The position numbers and the translations under genes are program-made. Below are positions 1 to 15,847 of a stretch of DNA of 32,000 nt, piece after piece (the first letter of the stretch is position 1; the number at the start of each line of letters is the position of its first letter). The DNA lies in contig JAHBYH010000001.1 of assembly GCA_019636055.1 (NCBI GenBank), positions 446,944-478,943 on the forward strand, read 5' to 3'. This stretch comes from Candidatus Paracaedibacteraceae bacterium (lineage in GTDB: Bacteria; Pseudomonadota; Alphaproteobacteria; Paracaedibacterales; Paracaedibacteraceae). A model generated the notes under the pieces. The model was not told the DNA's origin. It worked only from the letters and a program-made list of their open reading frames with translations, and searched no databases.

Positions 1-566
1 TTACGCATAATATCATATACGTTTGCACCGTTGTGAGGCAAAACATCAAACTTTTCTAAGTTTGCTGCTGCACGAACAACTGGATTTTCGGAATTCGGAA
101 TTGAATCAATCAAAAGCGCACTTGGCGTATTCAATGTTGAAATAACCTTAAGTAAATCTTTTGTTTTACCTGATTCAACTTTAAAAGTATCGACAACAAG
201 CAGTTCACCAGCTTGAGCTTTTGCACTCAAAGCAATTTTCAGACCCAATTTACGGACCTTCTTTGGCAGTGAGTAAGCATGCGAGCGAACAACAGGACCG
301 AATGCAACGCAACCACCCCGGAATTGAACTTGGCGTTTACTTCCGTGACGGGCATTACCAGTCCCCTTTTGACGATAAATCTTTTTGGTTGATCCCTTGA
401 CATCCCCGACTTCTTTAGTCTTATGGTTACCAGAGCGACGCTTAGAAAGCTGCCATTCGATAACACGGGAGAGAATATCAACACGTGGCTGCAATCCAAA
501 AATTTCTGGATTCAGCTCAATATTTCCGGCTTTTTTAGCCTCAATATTTACGACATCAATTTTCAT
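1..566 (-). CDS. rplD: 50S ribosomal protein L4 (3'-truncated by the window edge)
   Basis: Manual minus-strand translation from the ATG at 564-566 gives MKIDVVNIEAKKAGNIELNPEIFGLQPRVDILSRVIEWQLSKRRSGNHKTKEVGDVKGSTKKIYRQKGTGNARHGSKRQVQFRGGCVAFGP..., a typical L4. It sits directly downstream of rplC, as in S10 operons. The ORF runs off position 1, so it is absent from the ORF track. Confidence 0.9.
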   Translation of the reverse strand, partial: MKIDVVNIEAKKAGNIELNPEIFGLQPRVDILSRVIEWQLSKRRSGNHKTKEVGDVKGSTKKIYRQKGTGNARHGSKRQVQFRGGCVAFGPVVRSHAYSLPKKVRKLGLKIALSAKAQAGELLVVDTFKVESGKTKDLLKVISTLNTPSALLIDSIPNSENPVVRAAANLEKFDVLPHNGANVYDIMR

Positions 567-597
567 TTTTTAAACCTATTCTCTATGTGCTCTACTT

Positions 598-1239
598 TTA
601 AGCAGGCTTTTTAATTGCGTCACGGACGTAGACGACTCCACCTTGGGAACCGGGTACGCTACCACGGATAAAGATCAGGTTCTTTTCAGCATCAACACCA
701 TAAACGGACAAATTCATCTTTGTCACGCGACGTGCACCCATGTGTCCAGCCATCTTTTTATTTTTAAAGACTTTCCCTGGGTCTTGACGGTTACCTGTAG
801 AACCATGGCTACGGTGAGAAACTGACACACCATGAGAGGCGCGCAAACCACCGAAGTTATGGCGCTTCATTGCACCAGCAAATCCTTTACCGACAGAAGT
901 ACCGGTAACGTCAACGAATTGACCTTCTCTGAAGTGATCTGCTTTTATTTCAAAACCTTGATCCAAAAGATTTTCTGCAGAGACGCGGAATTCTTTTAGG
1001 TGAACGCGCGGTTCAATTTCTTTCTTAGAAAAGAATTCACGCATTGGTTTTGTTACATTGTTAATTTTGGCTTTTTTAGCGCCAACTTGGATGGCATCAT
1101 AACCATCCTTGGAATCTGCTGTTTTTTTGCCAACGACAACATTGTCGCTGACCTGGAGAACCGTGACTGGAACTAAAGTACCGTCAGCGGCAAAAAACTG
1201 CGTCATACCCACTTTTTCAGCGATAAGTCCAGTTCTCAT
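598..1239 (-). CDS. rplC: 50S ribosomal protein L3
   Basis: 213-aa [19 protein letters not shown]...[52 protein letters not shown]. Canonical L3 motifs and S10-operon position. Confidence 0.97.
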   Translation of the reverse strand: MRTGLIAEKVGMTQFFAADGTLVPVTVLQVSDNVVVGKKTADSKDGYDAIQVGAKKAKINNVTKPMREFFSKKEIEPRVHLKEFRVSAENLLDQGFEIKADHFREGQFVDVTGTSVGKGFAGAMKRHNFGGLRASHGVSVSHRSHGSTGNRQDPGKVFKNKKMAGHMGARRVTKMNLSVYGVDAEKNLIFIRGSVPGSQGGVVYVRDAIKKPA

Positions 1240-1253
1240 TAGTCAAACCTTTA

Positions 1254-1562
1254 TTAGAGTTTAATTTCAACATCAACACCAGCAGCCAAGTCTAGCTTCA
1301 TCAAAGCATCAACTGTCTGTGGCAACCAGTCAACAATATCAATCAGACGCTTGTGTGTCCTGATTTCAAATTGCTCACGAGATTTTTTGTCAATATGTGG
1401 GGAACGGTTTACAGTAAAACGTTCGATTTGTGTTGGCAACGGAATCGGACCGCGCACTTTCGCGCCTGTACGTTTTGCTGTACCAACAATTTCCTTAACT
1501 GACATGTCTAACAGTCTATGATCATAGGCTTTTAGACGAATTCTTATGCTCTGGCCTTCCAT
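1254..1562 (-). CDS. rpsJ: 30S ribosomal protein S10
   Basis: 102-aa [17 protein letters not shown]...RGPIPLPT...[28 protein letters not shown]. Canonical S10. Confidence 0.97.
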   Translation of the reverse strand: MEGQSIRIRLKAYDHRLLDMSVKEIVGTAKRTGAKVRGPIPLPTQIERFTVNRSPHIDKKSREQFEIRTHKRLIDIVDWLPQTVDALMKLDLAAGVDVEIKL

Positions 1563-1590
1563 ATAAATAGCTCACTTTTCTAATATTTGC

Positions 1591-1613
1591 AAGGAGAGAA
1601 TGAATCTCTCCTT
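1591..1613 (-). other. 9-bp stem hairpin in the tuf-rpsJ spacer (S10-operon leader, processing site or weak attenuator)
   Basis: aaggagaga-atgaa-tctctcctt is a perfect inverted repeat. On the transcribed minus strand no U-tract follows it (GCAAAUAUU), so it is not a canonical terminator. Confidence 0.3.
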
Positions 1614-1620
1614 ATTTTTC

Positions 1621-2813
1621 AATTATTTTACGATCTTAGAAACAACACCGGCACCAACTGTGCGGCCACCTTCACGAATCGCGAAACGTAGACCTTCGTC
1701 CATCGCGATCGGGGCAATGAGCTCAACGTCCATGCGAATGTTGTCACCAGGCATAACCATTTCAACGCCTGCTGGCAATTGAACTGTTCCAGTTACGTCG
1801 GTTGTACGGAAATAGAATTGTGGGCGATAGTTCGTAAAGAACGGAGTATGGCGACCACCTTCTTCTTTTGTCAAGATGTATGCTTCGGCTTCGAAGTTTG
1901 TGTGTGGTGTAATTGTACCAGGCGCTGCCAAAACTTGACCGCGTTCAACATCTTCACGCTTTGTACCACGCAATAGAACACCAACGTTATCACCAGCTTC
2001 ACCTTGATCCAATAGCTTACGGAACATTTCAACACCTGTACAGGTTGTCTTAACTGTGTCCTTCAGACCAACGATTTCGATTTCCTCACCAACCTTAACA
2101 ACACCGCGTTCTACACGACCTGTCACAACGGTACCACGACCGGAAATTGAGAATACGTCTTCGATTGGCATCAAGAACGGACGATCTTTTGGACGTTCAG
2201 GTTGCGGAATGTAACGATCGACTTCTGCCATCAATTTAAGAATCGCATCGCGACCGATTTCTGGTTGCTTGTCTTCCAAGGCGCATAGAGCTGAACCACG
2301 AACAACAGGAATGTCATCACCCGGAAAATCATAAGAAGAGAGCAATTCACGAACTTCAAGCTCAACAAGATCAAGAAGCTCAGCATCATCAACCATGTCA
2401 ACTTTGTTCATAAAGACAACAAGAGCAGGAACACCAACCTGACGTGCCAAAAGGATGTGTTCACGTGTTTGTGGCATCGGGCCATCAGCAGAAGAAACAA
2501 CCAAGATTGCTCCGTCCATCTGTGCCGCACCGGTGATCATGTTCTTAACATAGTCAGCGTGTCCTGGGCAGTCAACGTGGGCATAGTGGCGGTTTGTTGT
2601 TTCGTATTCAACGTGCGCGGTAGAAATTGTAATACCGCGAGCGCGCTCTTCAGGAGCCTTGTCGATTTGATCGTACGCTGTGAATGTTGCTCCGCCTGTT
2701 TCTGCGAGAACTTTTGTGATTGCCGCTGTCAATGAGGTTTTACCATGGTCAACGTGACCAATGGTTCCGATATTGCAGTGCGGCTTATTTCTTTCGAACT
2801 TTGCTTTAGTCAT
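1621..2813 (-). repeat. About 1.19 kb direct repeat, member 1 (tuf paralog pair)
   Basis: Aligns at a constant offset of +16462 with 18083-19275. The only differences I found by eye are at 2748, 2805 and 2808. Flanking sequence diverges immediately outside these limits. Confidence 0.85.
1623..2813 (-). CDS. tuf: Elongation factor Tu, copy 1 (str-operon copy)
   Basis: 396-aa ORF with [13 protein letters not shown] and NKVD GTPase motifs. It follows fusA. The protein is identical to the ORF at 18085-19275. Confidence 0.98.
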   Translation of the reverse strand: MTKAKFERNKPHCNIGTIGHVDHGKTSLTAAITKVLAETGGATFTAYDQIDKAPEERARGITISTAHVEYETTNRHYAHVDCPGHADYVKNMITGAAQMDGAILVVSSADGPMPQTREHILLARQVGVPALVVFMNKVDMVDDAELLDLVELEVRELLSSYDFPGDDIPVVRGSALCALEDKQPEIGRDAILKLMAEVDRYIPQPERPKDRPFLMPIEDVFSISGRGTVVTGRVERGVVKVGEEIEIVGLKDTVKTTCTGVEMFRKLLDQGEAGDNVGVLLRGTKREDVERGQVLAAPGTITPHTNFEAEAYILTKEEGGRHTPFFTNYRPQFYFRTTDVTGTVQLPAGVEMVMPGDNIRMDVELIAPIAMDEGLRFAIREGGRTVGAGVVSKIVK

Positions 2814-2844
2814 TTTATAATCCTTTTAAGTCTGGCAAAAGCTA

Positions 2845-4920
2845 TTAACTAGCTTTTGCAACAATTTCATCTGCTACGTGTTGAGGAACCTGTTCATAAT
2901 GATCAAATTGCATTGTGAACTGGGCACGTCCTTGGCTCATAGAGCGCAACGTATTAACATAACCGAACATGCTTGCCAATGGCACCATCGCATTAACAAC
3001 ACGAGCATTTGCTCGTTGATCCATGCTAGAAATTTGACCACGGCGGCTGTTCAAGTCACCAATAATGTCACCCATATATTCTTCTGGGGTTACGACTTCA
3101 ACCTTCATAATCGGCTCAAGAAGACGTGGGGCACATTTACCAATACCTTCACGGAATGCTGCACGGGCAGCGATTTCGAAGGCAAGAGCGCTAGAGTCAA
3201 CATCGTGATAAGCACCATCAATCAATGTTGCCTTGAAGTCAATCAATGGGAATCCAGCGACGACACCGTTATCCATAGCGGAAACAAGACCTTTTTGAAC
3301 GCCTGGGATGTATTCTTTAGGAACAGATCCACCAACGATCTTATTTTCAAACACGAAACCGCTACCAGCTTCTAGTGGTTCAAAAACGATCTTAACGCGA
3401 CCAAACTGACCAGAACCACCAGATTGCTTTTTATGGGTATAGTCAACTTCAGCCAAACGAGTAATCGTTTCACGGTAGGCAACTTGAGGCGCGCCAACGT
3501 TAGCTTCCACTTTAAATTCACGACGCATACGGTCAACGATGATTTCCAAGTGAAGTTCACCCATTCCCTTAATAACTGTCTGACCACTTTCGATGTCAGA
3601 TGTTACGCGGAACGATGGATCTTCTGCAGCCAAACGAGACAAAGCAAGCCCCATTTTTTCTTGGTCAGCCTTTGTTTTTGGCTCAACAGCAACTTCGATA
3701 ACGGGTTCTGGAAATTCCATACGTTCCAAAATAACTGGCTTGGATTGATCGCAAAGGGTATCACCTGTTGTTGTCGCTTTAAGACCACAAACAGCAACGA
3801 TATCACCAGCAAAAGCTTCTTTAATATCTTCACGAGTATTTGCGTGCATCAAAAGCATACGACCAACGCGTTCCTTTTCATCCTTAACGGAGTTATAGAT
3901 GTAAGTACCCGTTTCAAGTTTACCAGAGTAGATACGAACGAAGGTCAAAGAACCAACGAACGGGTCTGTCATAATCTTGAATGCTAATGCTGAAAATGGA
4001 TCTGTATCTGCGATCTTGCGAACCATTTCGGTTTCACCATCAACGGACGTTCCTTTAACTTCAACCAAGTCATCAGGAGACGGAAGATAATCAACAACCG
4101 CATCCAACAACGGTTGAACACCCTTGTTCTTAAAAGCACTTCCGCATAGAACTGGAACAAACAAGCTCTTCAAAACACCCTGACGAATGGCACGCTTAAT
4201 TTCTTCGACAGAAATCTCTTCACCATTTAGGTACTTTTCCATCAAAGCGTCATCAGCTTCAACTGCTGTTTCTACGAGTTTTGCATGATATTCGTCTGCT
4301 TGATCCTTAAGATCTGCAGGGATCTCAACAACATCGAACTTTGCTCCCAAAGAGTCATCACGCCAGACGATTGCATTCATGTTGACAAGATCAACAACAC
4401 CAACGAAATCAGCTTCGGCACCGATGGGTAAATACAAAACCAATGGGCGCGCACCCAAGCGGTCAACAATCATGTCAACGCAACGGAAGAAATTTGCACC
4501 CATGCGGTCTAGCTTGTTAACAAAGCAAATACGTGGAACACCGTACTTGTCGGCTTGACGCCAGACGGTTTCAGACTGCGGTTCAACACCAGCAACACCG
4601 TCAAAAACAGTTACAGCACCGTCAAGAACGCGCAAAGAGCGTTCAACTTCGATGGTAAAGTCAACGTGGCCAGGGGTGTCGATAATATTAATGCGGTGAT
4701 CGTTCCAAAAGCAGGTCGTCGCAGCAGAGGTAATTGTAATACCACGCTCTTGTTCCTGCTCCATCCAGTCCATGACGGCTGTACCTTCATGAACTTCACC
4801 AATTTTATAGGATTTACCTGTGTAATATAGGATACGCTCGGTCGTTGTTGTTTTACCGGCGTCAATGTGAGCCATAATACCAATGTTACGGTATTTTGCT
4901 AGAGGATGGGTTCTTGCCAT
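2845..4920 (-). CDS. fusA: Elongation factor G
   Basis: 691-aa [38 protein letters not shown]...DTPGHVDF...NKLDR. Sits between rpsG and tuf. Confidence 0.98.
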   Translation of the reverse strand: MARTHPLAKYRNIGIMAHIDAGKTTTTERILYYTGKSYKIGEVHEGTAVMDWMEQEQERGITITSAATTCFWNDHRINIIDTPGHVDFTIEVERSLRVLDGAVTVFDGVAGVEPQSETVWRQADKYGVPRICFVNKLDRMGANFFRCVDMIVDRLGARPLVLYLPIGAEADFVGVVDLVNMNAIVWRDDSLGAKFDVVEIPADLKDQADEYHAKLVETAVEADDALMEKYLNGEEISVEEIKRAIRQGVLKSLFVPVLCGSAFKNKGVQPLLDAVVDYLPSPDDLVEVKGTSVDGETEMVRKIADTDPFSALAFKIMTDPFVGSLTFVRIYSGKLETGTYIYNSVKDEKERVGRMLLMHANTREDIKEAFAGDIVAVCGLKATTTGDTLCDQSKPVILERMEFPEPVIEVAVEPKTKADQEKMGLALSRLAAEDPSFRVTSDIESGQTVIKGMGELHLEIIVDRMRREFKVEANVGAPQVAYRETITRLAEVDYTHKKQSGGSGQFGRVKIVFEPLEAGSGFVFENKIVGGSVPKEYIPGVQKGLVSAMDNGVVAGFPLIDFKATLIDGAYHDVDSSALAFEIAARAAFREGIGKCAPRLLEPIMKVEVVTPEEYMGDIIGDLNSRRGQISSMDQRANARVVNAMVPLASMFGYVNTLRSMSQGRAQFTMQFDHYEQVPQHVADEIVAKAS

Positions 4921-4935
4921 TCAATACTCTCCCAA

Positions 4936-5418
<483 letters not shown>

Positions 5419-5427
5419 TTAATCTTC

Positions 5428-5799
5428 TTACTTTGGACGCTTTGCACCGTATTTGGAACGTGCTTGCTTACGATCTTTAACACCTTGGGTATCCAATGTA
5501 CCACGAACAATGTGATAGCGGACACCAGGCAAGTCTTTTACACGACCACCACGGATCATAACAACAGAGTGCTCTTGCAGGTTGTGACCTTCACCAGGAA
5601 TGTATCCTGTTACTTCAAATCCATTTGTCAGACGAATACGGGCTACCTTACGAAGCGCCGAGTTAGGCTTTTTTGGAGTTGTTGTAAATACACGAGTACA
5701 AACACCACGCTTTTGAGGGCATGCCTCAAGAGCAGGAACTTTATTTCTCGAAACTTTCGGAGCACGTGGCTTCCGAATAAGTTGGTTAATTGTAGGCAT
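5428..5799 (-). CDS. rpsL: 30S ribosomal protein S12
   Basis: The ORF-track ORF 5428-5838 carries a 13-aa N-terminal extension. The conserved start [12 protein letters not shown] is the ATG at 5797-5799, preceded by AAGGGGA. The sequence [19 protein letters not shown] is canonical S12. Confidence 0.95.
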   Translation of the reverse strand: MPTINQLIRKPRAPKVSRNKVPALEACPQKRGVCTRVFTTTPKKPNSALRKVARIRLTNGFEVTGYIPGEGHNLQEHSVVMIRGGRVKDLPGVRYHIVRGTLDTQGVKDRKQARSKYGAKRPK

Positions 5800-5954
5800 G
5801 AGCCTATCCCCTTTTCTTTTACCTATATTACTATTCACACTAATAAGCTTGCCTGCGCAAGGTAACCAGTGCTGTCATCAATAACTATATTGTGCTAAAT
5901 AAACAGCAAAATACAGGAACATACTGATGCCCAATAATGACACTAGTTTATTGC

Positions 5955-5983
5955 ATAATAAGCACGCTTTGCAAATATGTCAA
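5955..5983 (-). promoter_or_regulatory. Putative sigma70-type promoter of the rpsL-rpsG-fusA-tuf (str) operon
   Basis: On the minus strand, TTGACA (5978-5983) is followed by a 17-nt spacer and then TATTAT (5955-5960), about 150 nt upstream of rpsL. The -35 element lies inside a perfect 13-bp inverted repeat (5973-6002). Confidence 0.5.
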
Positions 5984-6031
5984 CGACTTCGTTGACATAT
6001 TTGAATTTAATTTCATGATTGGCATTATAGA

Positions 6032-6148
6032 AACTCTCAGAAAGGAGTAATACGGTTAATTCAAGGAAGAGGCTGCGCAAGCGTACATAAAAGCACGCGT
6101 GCAAAGCAGATATCTGTAGAATTAGCCGCAGGACCTTTTCTGAAAGTT
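6032..6148. repeat. Palindromic MITE/RPE-like repeat element, copy A
   Basis: Terminal inverted repeats are AACTCTCAGAAAGG and CCTTTTCTGAAAGTT. The interior folds into a long imperfect hairpin. By eye it is collinear with 26155-26276 at roughly three-quarters identity, sharing for example GAGGCTGCG[C/T]AAGCGTACATA and TGC(G)CAAAGC. It ends 4 nt from the rpoC stop codon. Confidence 0.75.
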
Positions 6149-6152
6149 GCCA

Positions 6153-10328
<4,176 letters not shown>

Positions 10329-10335
10329 CTAATTT

Positions 10336-13300
10336 CTATTGCTCAAAGGACATATTTAGACCAAGAGAACGAAGCTCCTTGACCAAAACGTTGAATGATT
10401 CAGGAATACCAGCTTCCATGTTATCATCGCCACGAACGATCGCTTCGTAAACCTTAGTACGGCCAGATACGTCGTCTGACTTCACGGTCAACATTTCTTG
10501 CAAGGTATAGGCGGCACCATAAGCTTCCAAAGCCCAAACTTCCATTTCACCAAAACGTTGTCCACCAAACTGCGCCTTACCACCCAACGGTTGTTGTGTG
10601 ACCAAGCTGTACGGCCCGATAGAACGAGCGTGAATCTTGTCATCAACCAAGTGGTGCAACTTAAGCATATAGATGTAACCAACAGTTGTTGGACGATCAA
10701 AACGCTCACCGGTACGACCATCAACAAGGTACTGCTGACCATTGCTTGGAATACCACTCGTATTCAGGGCACTGACGATATCATCTTCAGAAGCACCGTC
10801 GAACACTGGTGTTGCAATTGGAACACCTTTCTTCAGGTGGCGGCCAAGTTCTAGAACTTGTTCATCAGACATGGTATCGATATCTTTTGTATCCAGCTTA
10901 TCTGTATAGACTTTCTTTAGCTCAGCCTTAAGATCAGCAACCTTACCTGCATTTTGTTGAATTTTTTCAACAGCAGAGGCAATTTGCTTACTAAGGCCAG
11001 CGGCAGCTGCACCCATGTGCGTTTCCAAAATCTGACCAACGTTCATACGTGACGGAAGACCAAGCGGGTTCAAAATGATATCAAGAACGGTGCCATCTTC
11101 CAAGTGAGGCATATCTTCAAGCGGTACGATACGGGAAACAACACCCTTGTTACCGTGACGGCCAGCCATCTTGTCACCCGGTTGAATCTTACGCTTAACA
11201 GCGATAAAGACCTTGACCATCTTCAGAACACCTGGTGAAAGTTCATCACCCGCGCGGAGTTTCTCAACTTTGCCTTCGAACCATTCTTGAAGTTTAGCAA
11301 ATCCTTCATCCAAGTGACGCTTCATGGCTTCAACTTTGGACATCACATCATCGTTATCAACAGTTAGTTGCTTCCATTGATGCTGAGGAATTTCTGTTAA
11401 GATAGCTTCGTTAACCACAACACCTGTTTTGATCCCTTTAGGGGCAGATGTCAGTTTATGACCAGCAAGCATTTCTTCAAGGTTTTTATAGAAGTTGCGT
11501 TCCAAAATTGCTTTTTCAGCATCACGGTCTTTTGCCAGACGTTCAATTTCTTGGCGTTCAATCGTCAGTGCACGTTCGTCTTTATCAACACCACGACGTG
11601 AGAACACGCGAACGTCAACGATGGTACCAGAAATTCCAGGTGGAACACGCAAAGACGTATCACGAACATCAGACGCTTTTTCACCAAAGATCGCACGAAG
11701 CAATTTTTCTTCCGGTGTCATCGGGGACTCACCCTTTGGTGTCACTTTACCAACAAGAATGTCGCCCGCTTTGACTTCAGCTCCGATATAGATAATACCA
11801 GCTTCGTCAAGGTTACGAAGTGCTTCTTCACCCACGTTTGGAATATCGCGTGTGATTTCTTCGTTCCCCAATTTGGTATCACGAGACATTACTTCGAATT
11901 CTTCGATGTGGATAGATGTAAAGACGTCATCCTGAGCAATCCGTTCGGACAAGATAATAGAGTCTTCGAAGTTATACCCTTGCCAAGACATAAATCCAAC
12001 AAGAACGTTGCGACCCAAAGCGAGTTCACCAAGTTCGGTTGCAGGGCCATCCGCAATCACGTCACCTTTTTTAACCAAGTCACCCTTTTGAACAAGTGGC
12101 TTTTGGTTAATACAAGTGCTCATGTTTGAGCGTTGGAATTTATGCAAGTTGTAAATATCAACACCAACAGAATCATCGCCTTCTTGACGATCTGTTGCAC
12201 GAACAACAACACGGCGGCCATCAACACTGTCAACGATACCTGTGCGACGCGCAAGAACACACGCACCAGAGTCTTGTGCAACGGTTGCTTCCATACCTGT
12301 ACCAACAAGTGGCGCTTCACTACGCAACAATGGAACTGCCTGACGTTGCATGTTTGATCCCATCAATGCACGGTTCGCGTCGTCGTTTTCCAAGAACGGA
12401 ATCAAAGAAGCCGCAACAGAAACCAACTGCTTAGGTGAAACGTCACATAATGTAATATCATCCTTAGGCAAAATAACGAATTCACCCTGCTGACGGCAGG
12501 TAACCAAATCGTCAACAATGCTACCGTCTTTTGCCAAAGCAATATTCGCCTGCGCAATAATATGCTTAGATTCTTCCATAGCTGTTAGGTACACAATTTC
12601 ATTGGTAACTTTACCATCTTTAACCTTACGATACGGACTTTCAATAAAGCCGTACTGGTTAACACGGGCGTATGTTGCAAGTGAGTTAATCAAACCAATG
12701 TTTTGTCCTTCAGGTGTTTCAATCGGGCAAATACGACCATAGTGAGTTGGGTGAACGTCTCGGACTTCGAATCCAGCACGATCACGGGTCAAACCACCAG
12801 GCCCCAAGGCTGACAAACGACGCTTGTGTGTAATTTCAGACAATGGGTTTGTTTGATCCATAAATTGAGACAATTGAGATGACCCAAAGAACTCACGAAC
12901 AACCGCCGCTGCCGGCTTCGCATTAATGAGATCATGCGGCATAACTGTGTCGATTTCGACAGAGCTCATGCGTTCTTTGATTGCACGTTCCATACGGCTA
13001 AGGCCAACACGGTATTGGTTTTCCAACAATTCACCAACAGCACGAACACGGCGGTTACCTAAGTTATCGATATCATCAACTTCACCGCGACCATCTTTAA
13101 GTTCCAAAAGCATCTTAAGGATCGCAACAATGTCTTCTTTACGGATTGTACGAATGGTATCTGGACACTTCACATCAATACGGGAGTTCATCTTGACACG
13201 ACCAACAGCGGACAGATCATATTTATCTGCTTCGAAGAACAGGCCGCTGAATAAGGATTCTGCACCTTCCAAGGTCGGTGGTTCACCCGGACGCATAACG

Positions 13301-14505
13301 CGATAAATTTCGAACAATGCTTCTTCACGATTGTTAATTTTATCTGCGTTCAAAGAGTTAACCAAATAAGCACCAACATTCACGTGATCGATTGAGAGAA
13401 CCGGAATTTCTTTAAGATTTGCATTTGTTTCCAAAGCTGCAATTGTCTTAAGTGTTAGCTCGTCCCCTGCTTCTGCATAAATTTCACCGGTTGTTTCATT
13501 GATGAATTCTTTTGCCAGATATAAACCTTCAAGATTTTCAGTGGCGACAAGAATATCTTTTAAACCATCAGCAGCAAGTTTCTTTGCCATGCGAGGCGTA
13601 ATCTTTGTACCGGCTTCGGCAACAACAGCTCCTGTGGCAGCATCAACCAAATCAGATGTTAACTTAACACCGCGCCAATTTTCTGCAACATACGCTGTCT
13701 TCCAGCCTTTTTTGTGTTTTGTATACGTGACTGTTGCATAGAAGGAGTTCAAAATTTCTTCGCGTGACATCCCTGTAATTTGGCTTGCAGGCAATGCTTC
13801 ACCTTTTTCACCTGCTTTTGCACGCAAGACAGCTGTTTCAGCCGAATCAAGCGCCATCAAGAATGCAGTAATCGGAAGTTTGCGTCGGCGGTCAATACGA
13901 ACATGAACCAAGTCTTTTGGATCAAATTCAAAGTCCAACCATGAACCACGATATGGCACAACACGAGCAGCAAACAAATACTTACCGGAAGAATGACTTT
14001 TACCTTTGTCATGATCAAAAAACACGCCAGGACTACGGTGCATTTGAGACACGATAACACGCTCAACACCATTGATGATGAACGTTCCATTGTCTGTCAT
14101 AAGAGGCATATCCCCCATATAGACTTCTTGTTCTTTGATGTCGCGAATTGATTTTGCACCCGTATCTTCGTCGATATCCCAAACGACTAAGCGTAGAGTC
14201 AATTTCAGAGGGGCAGCAAAAGTCAAACCACGCTGACGGCATTCTTCTTCGTCATACTTAGGCTTGTCAAAGTCGTACTTAAAATATTCCAATTGTGATT
14301 TACCTGAGAAATCGGTGATTGGAAACGTTGATTTAAATACTTCATGAAGACCAATATCTTCACGCTTATTATAAGTCGTGGATTGTTGCAAAAATTTGTC
14401 ATAGGATGACTTTTGCAATTCAATCAGGTTTGGCATTTTGGCTTCGTCGGAGATACGACCAAAGTTTTTACGAAATCTCTTCATTCCGGTAAAAGATCTT
14501 ACCAT
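10336..14505 (-). CDS. rpoB: DNA-directed RNA polymerase subunit beta
   Basis: The ORF-track ORF starts at a TTG at 14523. The ATG at 14503-14505 ([16 protein letters not shown]) is preceded by AGAGGGA with a 5-nt spacer and matches the conserved RpoB N-terminus. Confidence 0.96.
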   Translation of the reverse strand: MVRSFTGMKRFRKNFGRISDEAKMPNLIELQKSSYDKFLQQSTTYNKREDIGLHEVFKSTFPITDFSGKSQLEYFKYDFDKPKYDEEECRQRGLTFAAPLKLTLRLVVWDIDEDTGAKSIRDIKEQEVYMGDMPLMTDNGTFIINGVERVIVSQMHRSPGVFFDHDKGKSHSSGKYLFAARVVPYRGSWLDFEFDPKDLVHVRIDRRRKLPITAFLMALDSAETAVLRAKAGEKGEALPASQITGMSREEILNSFYATVTYTKHKKGWKTAYVAENWRGVKLTSDLVDAATGAVVAEAGTKITPRMAKKLAADGLKDILVATENLEGLYLAKEFINETTGEIYAEAGDELTLKTIAALETNANLKEIPVLSIDHVNVGAYLVNSLNADKINNREEALFEIYRVMRPGEPPTLEGAESLFSGLFFEADKYDLSAVGRVKMNSRIDVKCPDTIRTIRKEDIVAILKMLLELKDGRGEVDDIDNLGNRRVRAVGELLENQYRVGLSRMERAIKERMSSVEIDTVMPHDLINAKPAAAVVREFFGSSQLSQFMDQTNPLSEITHKRRLSALGPGGLTRDRAGFEVRDVHPTHYGRICPIETPEGQNIGLINSLATYARVNQYGFIESPYRKVKDGKVTNEIVYLTAMEESKHIIAQANIALAKDGSIVDDLVTCRQQGEFVILPKDDITLCDVSPKQLVSVAASLIPFLENDDANRALMGSNMQRQAVPLLRSEAPLVGTGMEATVAQDSGACVLARRTGIVDSVDGRRVVVRATDRQEGDDSVGVDIYNLHKFQRSNMSTCINQKPLVQKGDLVKKGDVIADGPATELGELALGRNVLVGFMSWQGYNFEDSIILSERIAQDDVFTSIHIEEFEVMSRDTKLGNEEITRDIPNVGEEALRNLDEAGIIYIGAEVKAGDILVGKVTPKGESPMTPEEKLLRAIFGEKASDVRDTSLRVPPGISGTIVDVRVFSRRGVDKDERALTIERQEIERLAKDRDAEKAILERNFYKNLEEMLAGHKLTSAPKGIKTGVVVNEAILTEIPQHQWKQLTVDNDDVMSKVEAMKRHLDEGFAKLQEWFEGKVEKLRAGDELSPGVLKMVKVFIAVKRKIQPGDKMAGRHGNKGVVSRIVPLEDMPHLEDGTVLDIILNPLGLPSRMNVGQILETHMGAAAAGLSKQIASAVEKIQQNAGKVADLKAELKKVYTDKLDTKDIDTMSDEQVLELGRHLKKGVPIATPVFDGASEDDIVSALNTSGIPSNGQQYLVDGRTGERFDRPTTVGYIYMLKLHHLVDDKIHARSIGPYSLVTQQPLGGKAQFGGQRFGEMEVWALEAYGAAYTLQEMLTVKSDDVSGRTKVYEAIVRGDDNMEAGIPESFNVLVKELRSLGLNMSFEQ

Positions 14506-14632
14506 TGATTCCCTCTTTAACAAGTCTATTAAAAATTAGTTGTCTTTTGTTTCATGTCATTTAGTAAACTCAGTTGCCCTTGATACAGTTAATTTGTAGC
14601 AACGTCAAATGAATAAACTATAGAAACGACCA

Positions 14633-14704
14633 AACAACTCTTTGATGAAGATCTGCTCTTCATTAAAGAGTTGTTCGAAGGTTGAGAGGAGTTTCCCCCT
14701 CTCA
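14633..14704 (-). promoter_or_regulatory. rplL-rpoB intergenic hairpins (candidate attenuator or RNase III processing site)
   Basis: Two minus-strand hairpins follow the rplL stop. UGAGAGGGG-GAAA-CUCCUCUCA (14683-14704) has 9 bp including one G.U and a GNRA loop. AACAACTCTTTAATGAAGA-gcaga-TCTTCATCAAAGAGTTGTT (14633-14675) has 19 positions with one mismatch. Neither has a long U-tract. Confidence 0.5.
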
Positions 14705-14721
14705 CTGCATTCAGCAAACGC

Positions 14722-15096
14722 TTATTTAACGTCAACTTTTGCACCAGCTTCTTCAAGCTGCTTTTTAAGCTTGTCAGCTTCGTCCTTGCTAACGCCTGTT
14801 TTAACTGGCTTTGGAGCAGCTTCAACAAGGTCCTTAGCTTCTTTAAGACCAAGACCTGTAACTTCGCGAACAACTTTAATTACGTTGATCTTGTTTGCAC
14901 CAGCATCAGCCAATACAACGTCGAATTCTGTCTTAGCTTCTGCAGCTTCAGCAGCCATACCAGCAACTGCAGCAACCGCTACAGGAGCTGCAGCTGTTAC
15001 GCCCCAGTGTTCCTCAAGCTTTTTGGACAATTCAGCAGCTTCCAAAACTGTTAGTTTGGACAACTCTTCTACGATTTTATCTAGATTAGCAGACAT
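14722..15096 (-). CDS. rplL: 50S ribosomal protein L7/L12
   Basis: 124-aa ORF with an Ala-rich hinge and a C-terminal domain reading [24 protein letters not shown]. Confidence 0.97.
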   Translation of the reverse strand: MSANLDKIVEELSKLTVLEAAELSKKLEEHWGVTAAAPVAVAAVAGMAAEAAEAKTEFDVVLADAGANKINVIKVVREVTGLGLKEAKDLVEAAPKPVKTGVSKDEADKLKKQLEEAGAKVDVK

Positions 15097-15131
15097 TTAT
15101 ATCTCCTTCTGTCTTTTATCTTTTATCAAGG

Positions 15132-15644
15132 TTATTGATTGCTGCCACGGGCATTCAATACGCGTGCCACGCGGGTAGCAGGTTCTTTCGCCAATAGGGC
15201 AATACGGGTTGCTGGGGTATTAATAACAGCAAGAATCTTGGAGCGTAGCTCGTCAAGAGATGGCAATTTAGCCAATGCGTCAACACCTTTTGCATCCAGA
15301 ACTTGTCCATCCAGGTAGCCACCAACAAGTTTCAAGCGATCGTTTTTATTTGCGAACTTCGCTGCAACTTTTGCCGGAGCAATTGCATCATCGGTAGAAA
15401 ACGCCAACGCTGTTGGGCCTTCTAACAAAGATGACATCCCTTCTAGAGGTGTTCCTTGTACTGCAATCTTAGCGAGAGTGTTTTTCAAAACCTTGAACTC
15501 TGTACCAGCACCACGCATTTGACGACGTAGATCAGACACCTCGGATACTGTCAACCCTGTTTGATGGGTTACGACAACACACTTGGCGTTCATCAACTTT
15601 TCGCGCATTTGCGATACTAGCTGTTCTTTTTCTGAACGGTTCAT
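15132..15644 (-). CDS. rplJ: 50S ribosomal protein L10
   Basis: 170-aa ORF MNRSEKEQLVSQMREKL... located upstream of rplL. Confidence 0.95.
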   Translation of the reverse strand: MNRSEKEQLVSQMREKLMNAKCVVVTHQTGLTVSEVSDLRRQMRGAGTEFKVLKNTLAKIAVQGTPLEGMSSLLEGPTALAFSTDDAIAPAKVAAKFANKNDRLKLVGGYLDGQVLDAKGVDALAKLPSLDELRSKILAVINTPATRIALLAKEPATRVARVLNARGSNQ

Positions 15645-15847
15645 GTTTTACACTCCTAACAGTTTATATTCCCTAGTTTCCCAGAGTTTATACCGGTTTT
15701 ATCCGGTTATCTGTCCCAGAAGGAGTCAAATCCCTCTGTCTCTTACAGGCGGTTTCCCATTATCCCGAATGGGACCTATAGTCTTGGACAGCTGCAAAGG
15801 TTTCCCTTTGCATCTATCTACAGGGAGAAATTAATCTCCCTCCAGAA
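15645..15847 (-). promoter_or_regulatory. Structured rplJ 5' leader (candidate L10 autoregulatory leader and/or PL10 promoter region)
   Basis: A 203-nt untranslated spacer between rplA and rplJ contains several hairpins on the minus strand, for example GGGAGA-N6-TCTCCC and GCAAAGG-GAAA-CCTTTGC. The assignment rests on position, by analogy with known L10 leaders. It was not verified against a covariance model. Confidence 0.4.

Noticed and set aside
239-614. ORF-track ORFs at 239-499 (-), 385-573 (+) and 423-614 (+)
   Set aside because: The true gene here is rplD in another minus-strand frame (ATG at 566). It was missed by the track because it runs off the window edge.
2878-3987. Plus-strand ORFs of 165 aa and 187 aa inside fusA, and many similar 60-146-aa ORFs inside rpoB, rpoC and tuf on either strand
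   Set aside because: All are embedded in, or antisense to, highly conserved essential genes. Their translations are Cys/Asn/Phe-rich nonsense with no SD or motif, so they are shadow ORFs.
5800-5838. N-terminal extensions suggested by the ORF track for rpsL (13 aa), rpoB (6 aa, TTG start at 14523), vgrG (7 aa) and the last ORFan (13 aa)
   Set aside because: The internal ATGs have better Shine-Dalgarno spacing and reproduce the conserved N-termini ([29 protein letters not shown]) or yield a clean signal peptide.
14642-15178. 178-aa plus-strand ORF (Ala/Ser-rich) covering rplL and the 3' end of rplJ
   Set aside because: It is antisense to two unambiguous ribosomal protein genes. It is a low-complexity translation produced by the complement of the GCN-rich L7/L12 hinge, that is, a shadow ORF.
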